Positions 4,928-6,401 of a stretch of 6,401 nt of DNA are shown in pieces (position 1 is the first letter of the stretch; every line of letters starts with the position of its first letter). The notes beneath the pieces were generated by a model. It did no database searches and was not told the DNA's origin. It saw only the letters and a list, made by a program, of their open reading frames with translations. The stretch is from a virus. The stretch is from positions 1 through 6,401 of IMG/VR virus record IMGVR_UViG_3300039918_000034. One strand, written 5' to 3'. Made by a program: the position numbers and the translations under genes.

Positions 4928-6210
4928 AACGGAATATCCGAGTCAGGGTTTTCCTCCACGTACTTCTTGACGAGAGCCAACAGTCCAGACTTGACGAGCT
5001 TAGGATTGTGGTGATCTGCCGACAGTTCTTGCCGAATTTGCGTATCAGTGAACCCCATACCAGACATCGAGTGAATAAGGGTTCCATACGACCGCTTTGC
5101 ATGATGGATAAGCTTTAACAAGTCAATCTCGGCATCGGACTTCAACTGGACAGGACGCTTACCGCACTCAAGGCCCAAGACCTCTGCAAAGTACGGGTAC
5201 GCGCCAGCAAAGTAACGATCCCGCTCGATGAGCATTTCCAGCGGCAAAGGCCGATCCTTGTCAACACGCTTGTACTCAGCCTCAAGCCGAAGCCAGTCAT
5301 CAGCAAAAGGCTTCTCGCCCTCGTACATTTCCTCACGTGCAACACATTGGTCCCGCAACTCCTCGGGCATCCGTGCAAACATCTCAAGACCCTTTTCATA
5401 GACACGAGCCATCACCTCACCGTCACGTTTACCCACGTAAAAAGTGCGGCCAAAGTTCTGGAATTCAGAGCCTGACTCGACTTTCTTGAACTCAGGGTTT
5501 TTGGAAGCACGAGGACGCTTAAAACGACCTTCCTGATACGCCCTTACGGCATGATCCCACGTTACCCCCCCGAAGACGTCAAAACAGATATCAACACGCG
5601 AAAGCCTCGCATCCATCTCATCCAGGGACAAAGCCTCATACAGCAATTCAACCAGGTCATCGGAAAGCCTCTTGCACGCCGTACCAGTCAACGACACAAA
5701 ATGCCGACCATGAGCGGCACCAGTACCCAGCAAACCCAACTGCACACCATCAACGGAGAGAGAAAAGCTCTGTGGATAGCCAGGCATACCGCGCCCCGTT
5801 GTCTCAGAAACAACACCTGGGAAGCAGATTTGCAACAAAGCAAGAACGGATTCCATCTCATCGCCATGCTCTTGCGTACCATCCTCGTTCACCTTGCGGG
5901 TCTTCGGTTTGACAGTAAAACCAAGCCAATCAAGTTTTGTACGATTGACAATAGAATGGTCTGTTTTTTCGCAATGTGAAAAAAATAGGGGGGGAAGTGG
6001 GTATGTACCCCCCATATTATTAGATGGGGGGCCGGCTTCGGCGGCGATCCGCAAGAACTCACCAGCCAGGTAGGAATTAGCAAAGTCACCAGGCTTAGAA
6101 CCGTCCAGGAGGTCGGCTTCTAGACCACGCGCAGTAGCAGCACTGGAGATTTTCTCCAGACTTTGGTATAAACTCTTTGTCACCAGTTTTCCGATCTCAG
6201 CAGATTTCAA
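4924..6210 (-). CDS. Rolling-circle replication initiator, Rep_trans family (RstA / RepC-like). Up to 428 aa; the start is uncertain.
   Basis: Motifs recalled as typical of Pfam Rep_trans (PF02486) are present: KLDWLGFTV, LSRVDICFD and FYVGKRDGEVMARVYEKG. The track start at 6210 is a TTG. Alternative starts are GTG at 6183 and ATG at 6015. The ATG would give 363 aa, with the DWLGFT motif about 28 aa from the N-terminus. Stop TAG at 4924..4926. Confidence 0.85.
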   Translation of the reverse strand: MKSAEIGKLVTKSLYQSLEKISSAATARGLEADLLDGSKPGDFANSYLAGEFLRIAAEAGPPSNNMGGTYPLPPLFFSHCEKTDHSIVNRTKLDWLGFTVKPKTRKVNEDGTQEHGDEMESVLALLQICFPGVVSETTGRGMPGYPQSFSLSVDGVQLGLLGTGAAHGRHFVSLTGTACKRLSDDLVELLYEALSLDEMDARLSRVDICFDVFGGVTWDHAVRAYQEGRFKRPRASKNPEFKKVESGSEFQNFGRTFYVGKRDGEVMARVYEKGLEMFARMPEELRDQCVAREEMYEGEKPFADDWLRLEAEYKRVDKDRPLPLEMLIERDRYFAGAYPYFAEVLGLECGKRPVQLKSDAEIDLLKLIHHAKRSYGTLIHSMSGMGFTDTQIRQELSADHHNPKLVKSGLLALVKKYVEENPDSDIPF

Positions 6211-6346
6211 GAACTGGCCAAGCCTCGGTGATTGTCCAGATCACGCGAGGCTTTTTCTTGGCCATCACTTTGCTAAATTTTAACCCACGCGAATAAACAA
6301 GGGTTTAGGGTTCCCGCCCTGGAGGGGCGGTCAAATAGCTTCCCAG
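6211..6346. other. Non-coding region upstream of rep, continuing into 1..154 on the circle.
   Basis: A hairpin ccgccc-tggag-gggcgg lies at 6314..6330. A minus-strand TAAAAT -10-like hexamer lies at 6282..6277. The region also contains the 6221..6252 hairpin. No ORF longer than 26 codons is present. Confidence 0.4.
6221..6256 (+). terminator. Intrinsic-terminator-like hairpin plus T-run, oriented on the plus strand. It may alternatively be a structural element of the rep leader or origin.
   Basis: agcctcggtgat (6221..6232) pairs with atcac-g-cgaggct (6240..6252). That gives 12 bp with one bulged G (6245) and a 7-nt loop tgtccag, followed by five consecutive T (6252..6256; 6252 is the last paired base, leaving a 4-nt unpaired U-tail). 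On the minus strand the hairpin is not followed by a T-run. Confidence 0.5.
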
Positions 6347-6401
6347 AATACATAAGCTACCCCTAACTTATTGCGACGAACACGACTCAAGAAGGAGGGG
6401 G
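6347..6401. repeat. Right copy of the exact 55-nt terminal redundancy (same sequence as 1..55).
   Basis: Identical 55-mer to 1..55. Confidence 0.9.

Noticed and set aside
5142-6089. ORFs inside or antisense to rep (5142..5405 -, 5551..5979 +, 5688..5882 -, 5889..6089 -).
   Set aside because: They are alternative-frame or antisense ORFs within a gene carrying Rep_trans motifs. They have no signals and biased composition.
6266-6364. 26-codon minus-strand ORF (MYSGKLFDRPSRAGTLNPCLFAWVKI) with an AGGGG upstream, in the intergenic region.
   Set aside because: It is very short, lies across the hairpin and the dif-like motif, and has no coupling to any gene. There is no way to support it from sequence alone.

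Overview
The window is a complete, circularly permuted genome of a small filamentous ssDNA phage (Inoviridae-like). Its gene order resembles the Pf1 / Xanthomonas / Ralstonia type. The first 55 nt recur exactly at the end (1..55 = 6347..6401), so the unit genome is 6,346 bp and the window closes on itself.

All core genes lie on the minus strand, tightly packed and often translationally coupled (ATGA, TGATG, ATGATTAA overlaps). In order they are:
- Rep_trans-type rolling-circle initiator (4924..6210)
- small putative ssDNA-binding protein (4315..4614)
- 80-aa membrane protein (4068..4310)
- major coat protein with signal peptide (3871..4071), followed by a textbook intrinsic terminator
- pIII-like adsorption protein (2251..3747)
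- pVI-like membrane protein (1949..2248)
- Zot/pI assembly ATPase (726..1952)
- a two-gene regulatory or accessory operon (418..588 and 155..418), whose second gene looks ribbon-helix-helix (RHH)

A single plus-strand gene (4742..4927) encodes a second RHH-like protein. It diverges from the structural operon and converges on rep.

I found no secretin, integrase, transposase, tRNA, rRNA or CRISPR.

Points for a second look:
- Two ORFs fall below the ORF-track size cut-off, at 56 aa and 21 aa.
- Operator-like repeats share a CGTGAC half-site at two separate regulatory regions.
- A plus-strand intrinsic terminator just past the 5' end of rep implies an antisense transcript across rep.
- A uORF and hairpin sit over the non-ATG rep start.
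- A weak dif-like motif lies in the intergenic region.

All family assignments come from motifs read by eye. No homology search was possible.
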